Shown here piece after piece: positions 25,213 to 38,936 of a DNA stretch of 64,000 bases (position 1 is its first letter; the number at the start of each line of letters is the position of its first letter). The translations under genes were made by a program, and so were the position numbers. The stretch is from Ginglymostoma cirratum (taxonomy: Eukaryota), in contig JAHRHZ010000083.1 of the NCBI GenBank assembly GCA_024137785.1, forward strand, positions 1,319,308 to 1,383,307. The letters run 5' to 3'. The notes under the pieces were generated by a model. It had not been told where the DNA came from. It saw nothing but the letters and a program-made list of their open reading frames with translations, and did not search any database.

Positions 25213-26358
25213 CTTGAGGAACTGGGTGACAGAAATGTACACTTGATGCACTGAACTTTATCATGCTGTACTTATGTGAGAGTCCATGCCTGTGTGATAA
25301 ATTTTCCATCTTGGCTGTTGCTTGCAAGAGCTGTCCTGAGGGAGGGGAAACTGTTTGGATAGTTCCTGTAGGTGACAGATATGATTGAAGCAATAAAGAC
25401 TGCACACAAGCTAGCCACAGCATTTTATAGGTCAGAAAGTACAAAATATTTTTAAAGCCTCAATGCTAGAGCTGGGTTAACGTTGTTTGACGTATTTTTC
25501 TGACATTATACAACTTGCTTCGTGGTTGTTGCAGGAGGGAAGCATAGATTAGTTTCTTCTTGAGCGCCATTGCCATGAGTGGCATGTGTCTTTGATGGTT
25601 GAAGTTAATCAGAAGGGCAAGGACGGAACAGAGGAATTTTACCTAGTGACTGAACATTGTTGATGCAGTCAGTTTACCAGTGGGTTTTGAGGAAGATCAC
25701 TACTCGTCTCCAGCTCCTCCAGGCATCTGGTTGGAATGAGAGCTTGTGCTCAGTACAGCTCTGGAAATAGTCTATTAACCAGCATTTCTGTCTTAATTTA
25801 GTTGTCTAAATAATATCATCAATCCTCCTTTCAGCAAAATGGCAATGACAGGGTGAATCTGTTAATTTTTCTATACAAAACAAACCTGTTAAAATCTAAA
25901 TGGACTTTGGTCTCCTTTTTCTAAAATAAAAAAATCAACACAATGGAATCCTGATATGTCTCTGCGTAAGTGGATTTTGTGGAAAAAATAAATATTTGAC
26001 CTCAACATGATGAACATCATCGGTGACCTTTCTTTTTGTTATCTAAATAAACACCCATTTCATGCAACTGTTTCTTTTGAATCCATACAGGTAGAACTAC
26101 ATCTGTAGGGAGTTTGCAGTTGCTCTTTTGGCCCAAGTCTGAAAATCATTGTACTGTACTATGAATATTAGATATCTTTGCATTGTTAGATCCTTTACAG
26201 CTATGGTGCAAAAGAATATAAGGCTTGCAATTAAAAAAGCACTTGTCGTGACTTTCGGATGTCCCAAAGTGTTGACAACCAGTGTAATATAAACCATGTG
26301 CAAGATCTATGTAATAGCTTTGATCATTTTCTCCAGGTAATACCTGCTTTTAAGTTAG

Positions 26359-26637
<279 letters not shown>

Positions 26638-26879
26638 TAAAGTAAGAACATTTTCTTCAAGTTATTAATCAGAAAACTAACAAGTTCTCACTGGTGTAAC
26701 ATCACTTGTTACAACCTCTTAATACATTTTTTTTGTTTATTTGAGAGAGTTCTTTGATGCAGGTCTTTCAGATGGGATGCACCAATTTGCATTGTGGGAA
26801 ATCCAGTAGACCAGTGAAAATTAATGAACAGCATTTTTACTGTGCATCCAGTTAATTTGCATTAAGCTACTTTTTCAGC

Positions 26880-27060
26880 CTTGATTCAAGGTGACAGGAG
26901 ATGTCCAACCAAATTGGCTTCTTGACAATTGCTTGACCAGCATGATCTCCTCTTCCATGAACAATGCCAAGTATGTGTCTGTGCAAGATCTCTTCCAGCA
27001 TCTGGGAGTTTTGACTGGGAGAATTGATTTCCTGTCGTATAGTTCAGTCATGTTACGTAT
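26880..27060 (-). mobile_element. Very old LINE RT fragment
   Basis: Minus-strand frames give Y.RKSILPV / MLEEILHRHIL / LSRSQFGW, resembling the RT motif YRPISILPV.SK.LEKI...LS..QFGF with frameshifts. Confidence 0.4.
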
Positions 27061-27569
27061 AGTGATTGCGATTTTGTTTGTTTGAGGAGATAGGAGTCTT
27101 GATTGGTTTGTGAACTGAAGATTGACATGTCTCAGTTTGTAAAGTCTACAATACTTTTGTGTATATACAAAGACTTTGGATTTGTTTGATTTTAAATAGA
27201 AGATAACCCATAAATCAACTTTAAACTTTAAGCACATTCTAGCATTTGTCATTATTATTTCCAAAATTGTACTTTAAAAGTCCTTGTAATTTCAAACCTA
27301 CTAATTCAAATCTCAAAGTAAATTGACTCTACCAGCTCTCTTGGTTCACTGAGGAAATATAAAATGATAGATGACAGCATTTATTATAATAGGGATTTGT
27401 AATGGAAAAATTTGTGTTTTGAGTGCTGGCTGATTTGAAAATTGTTGAGTGGATGAAAGTGAACTATATGTCAGCCTTTTCACTGAGTTTCGGTTTGTAA
27501 CCCGCTGAAGTTGAATCTGATACATTACTCATGACCAAGAAACCCTGCAATGAAAGAGGTGTGATATGT

Positions 27570-28232
27570 GTTTACCATAGATTTACCATTCTACCAGACT
27601 TTAGGGCTACTGTCTGATTAGAGAGTGCCGACTGATGGTGTTTTAACCTGAGGGTCACCACATCACAGGCAAGGGTCAAGGTTTAGAAGGTGCAGTCTTT
27701 ATGGTAATCTCAGCTGCTGTTTGAATTGAACCCATTTTGGCATCACTCTGCATTGCAAACCAGCTATCCAGCCAGCTTTGGCACTAGGCGATGAAGGATC
27801 TGGTGAGCTAAGCAGAACTCTAGCAGTCGGCAGCATTCTGACATCGTTGAAGTCCAGAGTGGTCAGCAGTGAGGTGGCTGCTGAGCCCCGAGCAGGACTC
27901 TGGCAGTTGGCGGCGAGACAGCAGCGCAGGGAGAAAAAACAAGCCCAGCAACAGAGGAGAGATTAAGCCCTCATGGTGAAAGCCCAACATGGAGCATCTG
28001 CAGGCCCATGGCTAAAGAACTGTGGTGTGAATTTTTAACTTTCTTTCTTTATACTAAGAAGAACTGTAATGTTGAAAGTTTAACTTGTTTCTTTATTTTT
28101 CTACTTTATACTAAGGCTTTGTACCTAAGATGGCGCTGGAAATGGTGACATTGTATATTTTTCACTATACTCCTGTAGCCCTGTACTTGAGTGTGTAAGA
28201 CAATAAAACCTAGTTCTAATTCTAAACTGACA
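27570..28232 (-). mobile_element. tRNA-derived SINE (family C) split by a younger insertion at 27778-28224
   Basis: ttaacctgagggtcacca...gcatcactctgcattgcaaaccagctatccagcc is the reverse complement of 55750-55945. The head resumes as aactga after the insert. Confidence 0.6.
27778..28224 (+). mobile_element. Non-coding retroelement with Rex/Babar-like tail
   Basis: GC-rich body, then aagatggcgctgg...ttttcactatac...agacaataaaacc and a tagttctaattcta tail. Confidence 0.45.
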
Positions 28233-28284
28233 TCATATCTAGAGTTCGGTTTTCACACCAGTGATACTTGGTGTTGGTCACTTT

Positions 28285-29057
28285 TGTGATGGGTTTAAAG
28301 AAGAGCCGAGAGTCCTTTCTGGAACAGTGACTTAAAGTGTCAGAGAGTAGGTGACTGTAAACCTCTTGGAATGTTAATTGAAGATAGCGTGGAGTTTATA
28401 ACATAAGAGTAAACATTGAAAGACAAAATTGTTTTTGGTTTAGAGTAATCAAGAATTGATTTTAGCTTGGAAAACCAAGAGATTTCAATCTTAGCTGTTA
28501 GGGCAGTTTTTGGTGGAGACCTAACTGGTGTCATAGGCAAATATAGTTTCTTTCATAGAAAGGAGGGACAGTTCAAAGAAAGCTCAGTTACCTTGGTGTA
28601 AAGGTTTAGCTTGTCAAACTTGCAGACAAGGAGTGCCTGGTTAGAAGGTTGCTGATTATTGGTGGTTTGAAAGAACGTAAGTTTTTCCCTTCATATGTAT
28701 TGATACCAGACTTCTTCATTCACATGACAGAAATGTGGTGAAGCAGTTGGAACCTACAAATTTGATATGGAAGCATAATTTCTCTTGAAATGCAATAAAG
28801 TGATGGAGTTGGAGAACAGATGAGATTTTGTATTGCTATAGGTTCTAAGATTGTTCAAACTGCGTTTTATATTTAGATAGCTTGATTTGTTTTAGTTTCT
28901 CCTTCAATGAATAAGCTTTATTGTTAAAGAAAACCTGCAGTTTTGGGTACCTACATTTCAGTGAATGACCAGCATGTTAAAATTGGAAAAAACCATTCAA
29001 GCCAGATTTCTTTGAGGTCTGATTTATCTAGAAATAACATTAGCTGGGATTATAACA
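28285..29057 (+). mobile_element. LTR-like element (TG...CA)
   Basis: Begins tgtgatggg and ends ctgggattataaca. The 3' end is similar to 34375-34436 and, in reverse, to 38937 and 32389. No clean TSD. Confidence 0.4.
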
Positions 29058-31374
29058 ATTCTGTAATGGTAAGCTTTTTCCTATTATATATTATTTGAAA
29101 ATTATGTTTCCCAGTTAGGAGCATCTTGATCATTTGGAAATTGAATTTAAACAGGTGGGGTATTTCATCAATGAGAAATTTTGGTATTGTTCCAATCCTA
29201 GGGGACATTAATATTTAAAGAGAAATCCAAATACCTCCTTAACCAGTCAAACTGTATTTTGAGATTTTGTATTTTTTTTACGCACATACTTCATTGTATA
29301 AAAGGATTTGAACAAAGTAAGCATGATTACTGTAACAATATGGCTTATAACTGCATACATTATGTACTCTGGTTTCCTTCTTGTGTCCTCGAAGAATTCT
29401 GTTATAAGACATCAATCTTAAGGTTATTTTCTTTTGTCGAGACCACACATGGTCCTGGAGTATTTTCCTCAATTCTAGTTATTCTGAGAAAAACCTTTCA
29501 TTTGCCATCCCAATAGATGATTCAGTCCTTTGTCAGTATGTGCAAATAATTCAGCTGCCTACTTAGATTTGCACTAAGACTCTGTGAGGCCTGCTATAAA
29601 TTCACCCACCAGCTTCAAACGAGACAATCTAGTCTTCTAGGCTTCTGTTCGTTGTATCATTCAAACTGAGATTACTCCTTGTTCAACTTCCATGCAGTCA
29701 CTGGTGAAGTTAGTGTTTTCCTCTGCTTACAGTGTAGGTCTATCTAATTGTTCTTTATTTTGGCTAACTTCTGTCAGCTGCAAAATATACTAGTTCAAAA
29801 CTGCAGTTAGAAACCTCTTCTGGTAAGCACCCAGATAAATTGAAACCAGAGAGCTTTCCCACAGTCCACCCATCTCCATGAATATAGTCTGCAAACCTCA
29901 GTTTGAATTTTAAGCAAATTAGCCCTTATGTCCAAATTGCTCCATCTGAGTGAAGCCACCAGCTGGTTTATTATTCTGTTTCTTCTATTAAACAAACATT
30001 GGAAACCACTCCATTTTAGTTTGGTGTTTTGGTAAAATCATCAAATCCCAGCATTCTAATTGCTTACCTTCACAACAACAATCTTCCGAGAACTAAACAT
30101 TGCCTTTAAATTATTAGTAACCATGAATAGAACATTCACAATATTATACCCTTCATGAAGCTTATAATAGTATGAATTATTTTTTGGTGATTATGCTTCC
30201 ACAAGCAAATATCACAGAAAACTCCCCTCCAAATCAATGAAGAAATTTGAAATTAGATTTCTTTTACTCTGGGGACCAAGCTCAGAGGTTTTCTTTTCCA
30301 CAGCCTGAAGTATGATGAAAGATTTAACCAATAATGTGTGGATCAGTTACCTTGCTCATAAGTTAATACTCAACTGTATTACATTATATTTCACCCTCCT
30401 GAGGGTCTGGTTTTTACGACTTGCATGTACAATTATTTCTGTTTATATTCTGATGACGAGTTCTGTGTGTCAATCTATTGAGATTTATTTTAAGAGAGTT
30501 TGGTTTGTGTTTGATGTTAATTTGATTTGATTGATTTAACTGCTTCTCATGTGATCTGTAAAAGGAATGAATCACAGCTGCGTAATGGGTCATTCTGTAC
30601 TTTAACAAAGCAGCATCGAAGCTTGAATCCACTTCAGTTGCACCAACTTGATTGAGTATCTGCTTGTGTATGTGGGTATGTAACTGAAGCATGTGGTCTT
30701 GTCAACATTTCATATCTCATAAACAAATTAAAGAGGGGATTTGATGTTTCAAATTACCTTGCAATAGAGCTTTCTTCTACAACAGGCAGATTTGTTGAAG
30801 CATTAGCTAGCCCTCAGTCCCAGCTGGAAAATACAGAAACAGCTGGAATGGTTTTAAAAATTGCCATTCCATACTGATTAAAAAGCAACCTGTTTAAAAA
30901 CATTTTCCTCGGTTTCAAGTTCACAGTATGCTCAGTAAATATTAATTTACTTTTTAATGAGCCAGAAAGCATGCACATAGAGTGATCTGGTAAAGCAGGT
31001 AACCATAGGCTCGTAGTAAGTTATAATGTCAGAGAACGAGGAGTTGAATTCGATGGTGTAAAAAAGCTGAAATATTCCTTCCAGTATTCACTCCTGAATA
31101 AAAATGTAGTTAGTGATTCTAGATGCGCTCTGAGGACATAGCATTACAACAAGATGCTCAGGAGCAAGCAAACTTACAAAGTGTTGTTTTAACAAAAAAC
31201 TCTGTTCATTGGCAAGGTCAACATTTACTACCAATCCCTAATTGCCCTTGAGAAAATGATGAGCCAGCAACTTATACTGCTGCTGTTGTCGTATAGGTAC
31301 AGCCATACTCCTGTTAGGTACGGAGTCTGAGTCACAGAAGATGGTTGTACTTGTCATTTTAGTGTCAAGACATG

Positions 31375-32935
31375 GGTCTAGGAGTTTCTCCTAAGCCAGT
31401 CATCTTGAACTGCTTCATTAATTACCTTTCCTCATTTGTAAGATCAGAAGAGGTACCACTGGGTAATGATTGCAGAGTATTTAGTTTCATTCAAGACTCT
31501 GAAGCTGTCCGTGCCAACATGCTGCAAGACCTGGACACCACCCAGGTTTGGGATGATAAGCGGCACATCATTTGCACAACACGAGTGCTGGACAGCGACC
31601 ACCTACAATAAGAGGGTATTTAGCCATCGTTGTTTAATGTTCAGTGGCATTATCTTTATTGAAACCACTACTGTCACTATCGCAGGAGGTTACTGTTGAC
31701 AAGAAATCTAATGGGGAAGATGGTGATTTAGTGGTATTGTTACTAGAATAGTAATTCAGAAACCAAGGCTACTGTTCTGGTTCGAATCCACCATGGTAGC
31801 TAATGGAATTTACATTCAGTTACTAAATCTGTGTAATATAAGTCTGTACTCTGCAAAGGTAACTATGTTAATAATATAAATGTTGTATCACCCCCATTTG
31901 GCTCATTCATGTCCTTTCAGAAAAGAAAATCTGCCCTTACCCTGTCTGTTCTTTATGCTCCTGCAAGTTGACCACAATGTGGTTGATTCTTGACTGTTCT
32001 CTGAAATGGCCTAGTAAGCCCATTCAAGGACAGTTTGGGATAGTGAACAAAGGCAAACCTTGCCACATCCCATGAAAGAATAGAGGAGCGAAGCACTGTG
32101 GTAAAAGAGCAAGTGAGCGAGTCAAGCCATTCTGCAGCAAGTAACTTGCCTCTTGACTCACCTTTCTACCTTTCAGTTACAAGGCATAAGTACTGTGATA
32201 AAATGCTCTCCACTTTTCTGGTTAAGTGAATCTCTGGCAGCATGAGAGGGGACAAAGTAGCTGCTTAATCAGCACCTCACTACATTTACTGTCTGTGCCA
32301 CAGATGTGCCATAGCTGCAATGGGTACCAACTGCAAGACGCATTGCAGCAACTTGACAGTGCTCCCTCAACAGCATTTTCAAAACCCATGTTACGATCCT
32401 GAACTAGACCAACAAATTTAAAACTCCCCTAAACAAGAATCTCTGTCTTCTTCTGTAACTAAGTGTCTCATTGCCTGTCCCCTCTGAACTTTTCAGTTGG
32501 ATCTCTGATCTGTCCTGAGCGACCTATTGAAAACCTTCCAACCAGCTCCTCCCCTTTTGCTAGGCTAACTTGAATATTGAGTTGAATCAAACAACCACTG
32601 AACAGTCTATTCCATAAACGTCACCAGCCATCGGTTGCTAGCTTGTTCAGTGCAAAAAAGTGAATTTAAACAGAGGATTTCATCATATTTCCAACTCTAT
32701 CTAGAAGAGCAGAGAAAGCAGGCACAAGTGTAACTGCAAATTTCCTTCTCAGTTTGCACCCTATCCTGGTTTGGAAATGTGTCAAAATCCTCAGAACTCT
32801 TTCCTGAAGAGCAGCCACTACATGGACTGCAGTGAATCAAGCAGTACTCTCAAGGACAGCTAGGAGTGGCAATAAATGCTAGGCCGGTCGGCAAAGTGCA
32901 CATCCCTGAGTGGATGATTGATTTATAATAAAAGG
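31375..32935 (+). mobile_element. Decayed L2/CR1-group LINE with nested SINE (31706-32075) and LTR-like insert (32389-32687)
   Basis: RT-like LNCFINYLSSFVRSEEV..NDC and MLQDLDTTQVWDDK. Tail ggcaataaatgctagg...catccctgagtggatga. The LINE sequence resumes after each insert. Confidence 0.65.
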
Positions 32936-35900
32936 CTGAGCACTACATTTGAGGGGCAGTTGGAGATGGGCACTAATTGTTAGCATTATCAGTCCGTCCA
33001 TACGTTGTGATTTTTTTAAAAAATTTCCTCTAATAGTGTGCAGGTTCTCTGCATACGCAGGAGTAATCGTAGGACCTATTCTTAGAAAATTCCTTTTAAT
33101 ATTTAGAAGGCAACTGCTATAAATGTCTTCAGTTTCTTGTTCAACACCACTTTGTGTAAACATGTAATAGGTGATTGGGATACTTTTAAACTGTCTAGGG
33201 TGAAGTAAAGTGCATACTGAATTTATAATAATGGGAACAATGTGTGGGTGTACTTAGTCATTTTTTAAAAGCTGCAGGATGTTGATAAAGTACAACTGGT
33301 TGACCTACTTAAACTCCTTTTTGTGTGCTAGAACACGACTGTTTTATACTCAAGATAACCCCACACAAAAGAAACCCTGGAGAGATGCGAATTTTAGAAA
33401 AAAAATGAAGAGAATTACTTAATGTTCATCAAGATTGTACCAAAGACGTCATATAGTGAGCACATGGAATGTTGTGCAGAGTGACCCATTAATTTTGAAA
33501 GACTGGCAAAATTTTCTCCACAGTTTGTGCCTTAGTTTATTTGGAGATGTATTTCTCCTTTGGCTGTTTACACTACACTGAAAGTGCCTTTTGAAGAGCT
33601 TGGGGCATTTAATAAATGTGTGCTGTTCCCTAGACTTGACTGCCACATTGCTTAATCAAGAAGAATTTGTTTTCCAGCAATACTCTAGAAAAACTTTCAT
33701 AATTTTGCTGTTCTTTTCAGTTTAAAAGTGAATAAAATCACACTTATTCAGTGTCTATCTCAGAGTGGAAGAACGGAATTTTGCAACCAGAAAATTCCCT
33801 ATTTCCAAGTGATTTCATTTGGATGCTTATGATTTCTTTTTGTCCCCACTTGGCCATTCTTAATTTCTTTTCTGTCAAGTGTCAGCTACATACATGCTTT
33901 CTGAACACTGTCACCTGCCTTTTCTCAGTTTATTAGAAAAGGTATTTTGATTTACAGATTTATTTTCTATAACAAAATCTTTACTGATTCCAGCCTGACA
34001 TGTTACTTCCTCAGTGGCTTGACTGGAGCTTTGATTTGTGTAAATTGTTAATACATTGAAGAAATGTCCAAGACCCATAGGGTTCATCCGTTCTCAGTTG
34101 GTTAACCCCTAATCTAATTCACAGTATATCTTCACTGGGGTTTTGGTGCTCATAAAGATATTGCTGTTCTAAAAGGAATGGTGTGAATTTGAATACTTTC
34201 CTGATATGAGGAATGAAATCTTTGTGACTTTTAATCCTGGTTTTTTTTAAAAAGCTTTTTTTTTCTTATTTAATAAGCATTTTATTCTTTGTTTTAAAAG
34301 TACACTGGCAGACTCTTGTGAATGTGTTTAATCACTGACCTCCGTGCTTTAAAAATACAAAGTAAGGGACTACCAAGCCAGGATTTCACTCTGAAATCTG
34401 ACTTATCCAGAAGTAACTGGTTGGGATCATAAAACAACAGAGAAGGTTTAGAAGAATGAAACCAAAACTGAGACACTGAAATGATCAGGAAGGACACAAT
34501 ATCTTCCATTACAAAAGTAAAGACCAGGAGGAAACCACCTGAATTATGAACCAATGGATTATCAGATTCCAGTAGGGTCACTGGAAATGTTTCCATTTAT
34601 GTGGAAATCAAAAACTAAGCACCATAATGTGACACTATTGGAAAATGGAACTTGCTACTGTAAGGAGTGGTGCAATTAATATATGTGCCCTTTAAAAGGA
34701 AAGCCTGATAAGTACATGAGAGAGAAAAAAAAATGGCAATGAGAGTTAAATGAACTGCAGTGAGATGTGGTTTTCATGGACTATATGTACCAATATAGAC
34801 CATTTGTTCCTAATGACCTCTTTCTATGCTGAAAATTCTGTCAAAGCAAACCAGAAAGCTAGAGGCAGGGTTGTTTGTGCCTCTGTGTTCTTTTACAAAT
34901 CAGATATGATTGTTGTGCTCCTTTGATCCTGCTTTTGGTTCTAAAAGTGGCTGCCTCACAATTATAATATTTCTTTTCCCATTTGAGCTTCTTTTGGTGT
35001 TTCACATCTTGTATCTCATTGAAGAAAAGGCTAGGCAGAAATCTTGTCTCTGACCTCTGCTAATGCCCTTTAAATGGGTTTATGAAGTTGATACAAGCAG
35101 CTCAAAATCACTTTTATTTCTTGTTCCTTTTACTGCATGGGGGCGTGCTTAATCTGTACAAAATTAAAGTCTCCCAAAGCTGTAATTTATTTGAAATAGA
35201 ACATCTGGTGGCCCTCCATGATACAAGTTGGGATTCTTTAAAGGTTGATACACTGACACTTTGAGGACGGAAGAAAGAGTTAACTTTTAATTCCCATTAT
35301 GTATGTTTCATTTGTTCGTGTTTAATCCTACACACAGTAAGAAAACATGAAGGGAACTTTCAGGGCAAAAAATAATTGGGGAAATTTTTTGTCCAAGGCA
35401 CACGTTGCTATAAATTTGTTTGTTTCCATAATGTTCATATATTTGGGACCGTCTACCTGATATTTTCCATCAGGGTAATCATTTCAGTATTAAAATTGAG
35501 CTCTGATATATTAATCTGCATTTAAATTGTGTTTATGGTTCATTGAGTTTTTGATGTACAGATTAGACTGTGAGGTTTTGACAGTATGTGTTCTAGATGT
35601 CGCATCTCTTGAATCAAAACACTGTCAACTCCATCATTAATCGCTCTTGAATTGCATTGCAAGACTTTACCTTACCTTAATTAATATAGAAGATTGTAAG
35701 TGGAACAAATTCTTGATACGTGCTGCCACACTGCATTGAAGCAGCGTCACAACTATATTTACTTTGACAGCAAAAATTTGAAACAATATTATTTGTTCAA
35801 TGGCTTTAATTTTTTAGTGTTAGTAACAGTGTCACAATAAATTTAGATGACCAACAAAGTAAGTAATTCTTAATGAGTGTTGAAATCAAATTATTGGTCT

Positions 35901-36404
35901 CATTTATTCTTTGCTTTACTCTTTGTGCGAATTACACATGTCTGTTACTGAAACATTCACAATTATGTCTGCATGCTTGTAAGTTGAGATATTTATTTTG
36001 ACAGTTTAGATCCTTCTATAAAAGGTCAAAGCGCAAGTAGAATTTTTCACTGAATGGCGTACTCCTGCTCCTAATTTGTGGGTTTGGGGATAGACACGAA
36101 AGTGAAGTTGAGGCCACAGTGTGATCTGTCATGATCTTTTCAAATGTCAGCACATTCATTGCAAGCATCCAAATGTATCAATGTTCAGTGTTCATTTTGG
36201 GCAAGCTCCTTATTTTGCACAATGAGAACTGATAGCAGAATTAAGCTTAAATAATTATGGTCATCATCTCTGCATTTCTGTCACCTCAGCTGTTGCTTCA
36301 TCTTGCGGTTTTTGCCATTGATAGTTTAATTGCCATCTAACTCTGTCCTTGTCAATTTTCCTTGTTTTGGACTCCAGACACCTGACTGGTATGACATGAC
36401 CTAA

Positions 36405-36545
36405 GAGATAGTAAGAACTGCAGATGCTGGAGTCAGAGATAACACAGTGTGGAGCTGGAGGAACACAGCAGGCCAGGTAGCATCAGAGGAGCAGAAAAAT
36501 TGACGTTTTGGGTCGGGACCCTTCTTCAGAAAGGGAATGAAGTGG
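36405..36545 (-). mobile_element. Short Penelope-associated element with mutated hammerhead core (36499-36532)
   Basis: Minus strand reads ttt-CTGAAGA-agggtcccgaccc-AAAACGTC-aat. Body closely similar to 5653-5779. catgacctaa is repeated at 36395-36404 and 36546-36555. Confidence 0.72.
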
Positions 36546-38384
36546 CATGACCTAACATCAGTTTTGGAGTATCTTGATTTTTGTTTTGGTGTTCTCAAAA
36601 CAAATAGTGAATTTGCATTGGAGTTTCCAATTACACCATAGGTGCCTGTCTGCTGTGTACCACTGAACCAATCAAACTAGGAGAGCCCAGGTTAAATCCA
36701 CCATGTACTGAATGAACCTATTTAGTTAGGACACTGCTACAGTCATAACAATAGTATGTACCATTCCTGTCTTAAGAGAATAATATTCTACACTTCTTAA
36801 ATGATTCGTAATGAGTTGAGGGTGAGACTTGCAGCAATATAATTAGATTACATATGTTGCTGTGCCAGTTTTTCCCTTCCAACAATATTTGAGAATGTCC
36901 ACTCATGCTATTAATTGTCTTTTTGGCTGCTTCCCAAGGAACCATTGATCCAATTATGAAAGTTTCCTCTTTTTTTCCAAATACAAGTTAGTTAAAATTA
37001 CAAAAATTGATAAATAGAACAAGTGTGTGCGTGTGTGTAAGCGCACACATTATCTAACTAGTTGAGAGTTGCCTTAGTGAAGAAATGATTCTGCACAGTA
37101 AAAGTGCATTGAAGATACTTACAGCTAATGAATTACATTTGGAATATGACTTTTCTTTAAGGAAATGAGGCGAAGCCAATTTCTGCCAGGCTCTCAACTT
37201 ATGGTGCTTTAACAAACCTGCAAATTCTATGCACCAAATTATGGTTTTCCCACAAAAAAACCACAAAAATGGTTTTCCCATTTAATCTGTAAGAATATAT
37301 GAAAGACAAAATTAGGTGGAGGAAGGGGTTCATTGAGGTTTCAGTGACAGGTTGCATTCCAAACCAAGAAACTGCTGATCCTCCCTGTCATAGCTGAACC
37401 TTGTTCCATGCCCCTCTATCTTGGCAAAGAGTAGGCATCCTGAACATATTCTCAGCTGTTTACCTCCCAGGAGGCTATGGATGGAGTTTGGTAATTTCAG
37501 ATTGTACAGGGTTGAAAGTATGGGCGTGACTATTGTGCTAACGTGCTTTGATCTTGCAAAGGGACAGGATTCTTAAGTTTGGTAGATATACCTTTTTAAA
37601 AAAATCTGCATTTCTAATCTGAAAGTTGCTAAATGTTTCTGATTTGGATGATCAAGATTTATGCAAAGTAAGGCTCCAGTAAAATATAATGTTGATGTCA
37701 ATACAAGTCTCAGAAAGAAGAAAGAATTTGCATGTGTGTAAAATGCTACTGAGGTAGATTTGAAGAGTAGTCACTCTTGTGTACAATCCTCTAGTGATGC
37801 CATATCTCAACAGTGGAGCCGTCTCCAAGATTTGAGATGGCATCACCATTTGCGTTGGACCTAACCTGGGAAACTGACTTCCTCAATCTCTCTGCCTTTG
37901 TCCCATCTCATGGTACTCCTTAGCAGCTGCCTCTTTGACTAAGTTATTTCTTTTTTAAGATCTTCTGTGATTCAGCATCAGTCTTTGACCACGTTCCTGT
38001 GAAGCTCCTTTCAAAGACATTTTACTTTGTTAAAGGTGCTCAATAAATTGTTTGTGGTTATGTTTCAATCCTTCATCCCTCTGACTGCTGGGAAGCCAAG
38101 CAGGCAACAAAGAGGCAATGAACTCACTGCATAGGGTTGAGGGAAAGTAAATCGGGTAGCATTGTTCACGCAATGCTAAAGAACCTATGTGTGAATAAGG
38201 AAGTAGAGGAGACCAAAGAAGATAAGAATACTAAAAATTAAAACGATTGTCCAAAGGAAAATTTCTCAGGTTTGTTACAAAAGTAACATTTTATTTATGA
38301 ACTGCTAATGATTTTTAAAAGACATTGTGCTGAGAGGAAATCTTTATTACTTGCTTACATTAACTTGAGCACTGTTCTATAGCT

Positions 38385-38925
38385 AGGACTGCATAGAATC
38401 ATGATTGCACACAAACCTGCATCAACACTGCGTCAAATGCTATCAAAGACTAATGACCTCATACCGACAGTAAACAGGACTAACGTGATACACAGAATCC
38501 CATGCAGCGAGTGCAATAAACATTATATTGGATAAATGGGGAGGAAACTGACGACCAGGATACACGAACACCAGCTGGCAGTTTAAAAAAAAAACACAAC
38601 CAATATTCACTTGTCCCAATCCACACAGACAGTGAGGCCTTCAGTTTGACTGGGACAAACGAATGACAGACGTGCAAGGAAATTTCTAGGAGGCCTGGTT
38701 CTCAACACTGACTCCATTAACAAACACATATAAATAGACCACGTTTACAGACTGCTACTGAAAAACAGAACCGGAAGTGACAAGACCAGAGGATCATATA
38801 AATTCGGAACGGAGCAGAACACCAACGCTTCGATTAGAGGTTGCACTGATGATGTTGCCTAGAATGGTAACGAAACATCTGCACATCACTGAACAACCAG
38901 CTCGGAGAACAAACTAACAACTGCA
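38385..38925 (+). mobile_element. Penelope-like retroelement remnant: GIY-YIG endonuclease plus terminal region with hammerhead
   Basis: Hand translation: IAHKPASTLRQMLSKTNDLIPTVNRTNVIHRIPCSECNKHYIG*MGRKLTTRIHEHQLAV. This has the PLE pattern V.Y.IPC..C...YIG.T.R.L..R..EH, with one stop codon and later frameshifts. Confidence 0.85.
38842..38883 (+). ncRNA. Minimal type-I hammerhead ribozyme motif (probably decayed)
   Basis: TGCA-CTGATGA-t-GTTGCC-tagaat-GGTAAC-GAAACATC-TGCA. Stem I TGCA/TGCA, stem II GTTGCC/GGTAAC, core CUGAUGA and GAAA. Stem III reads ACAT rather than ACGT. Confidence 0.7.
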
Positions 38926-38936
38926 AGCAATTTTAC

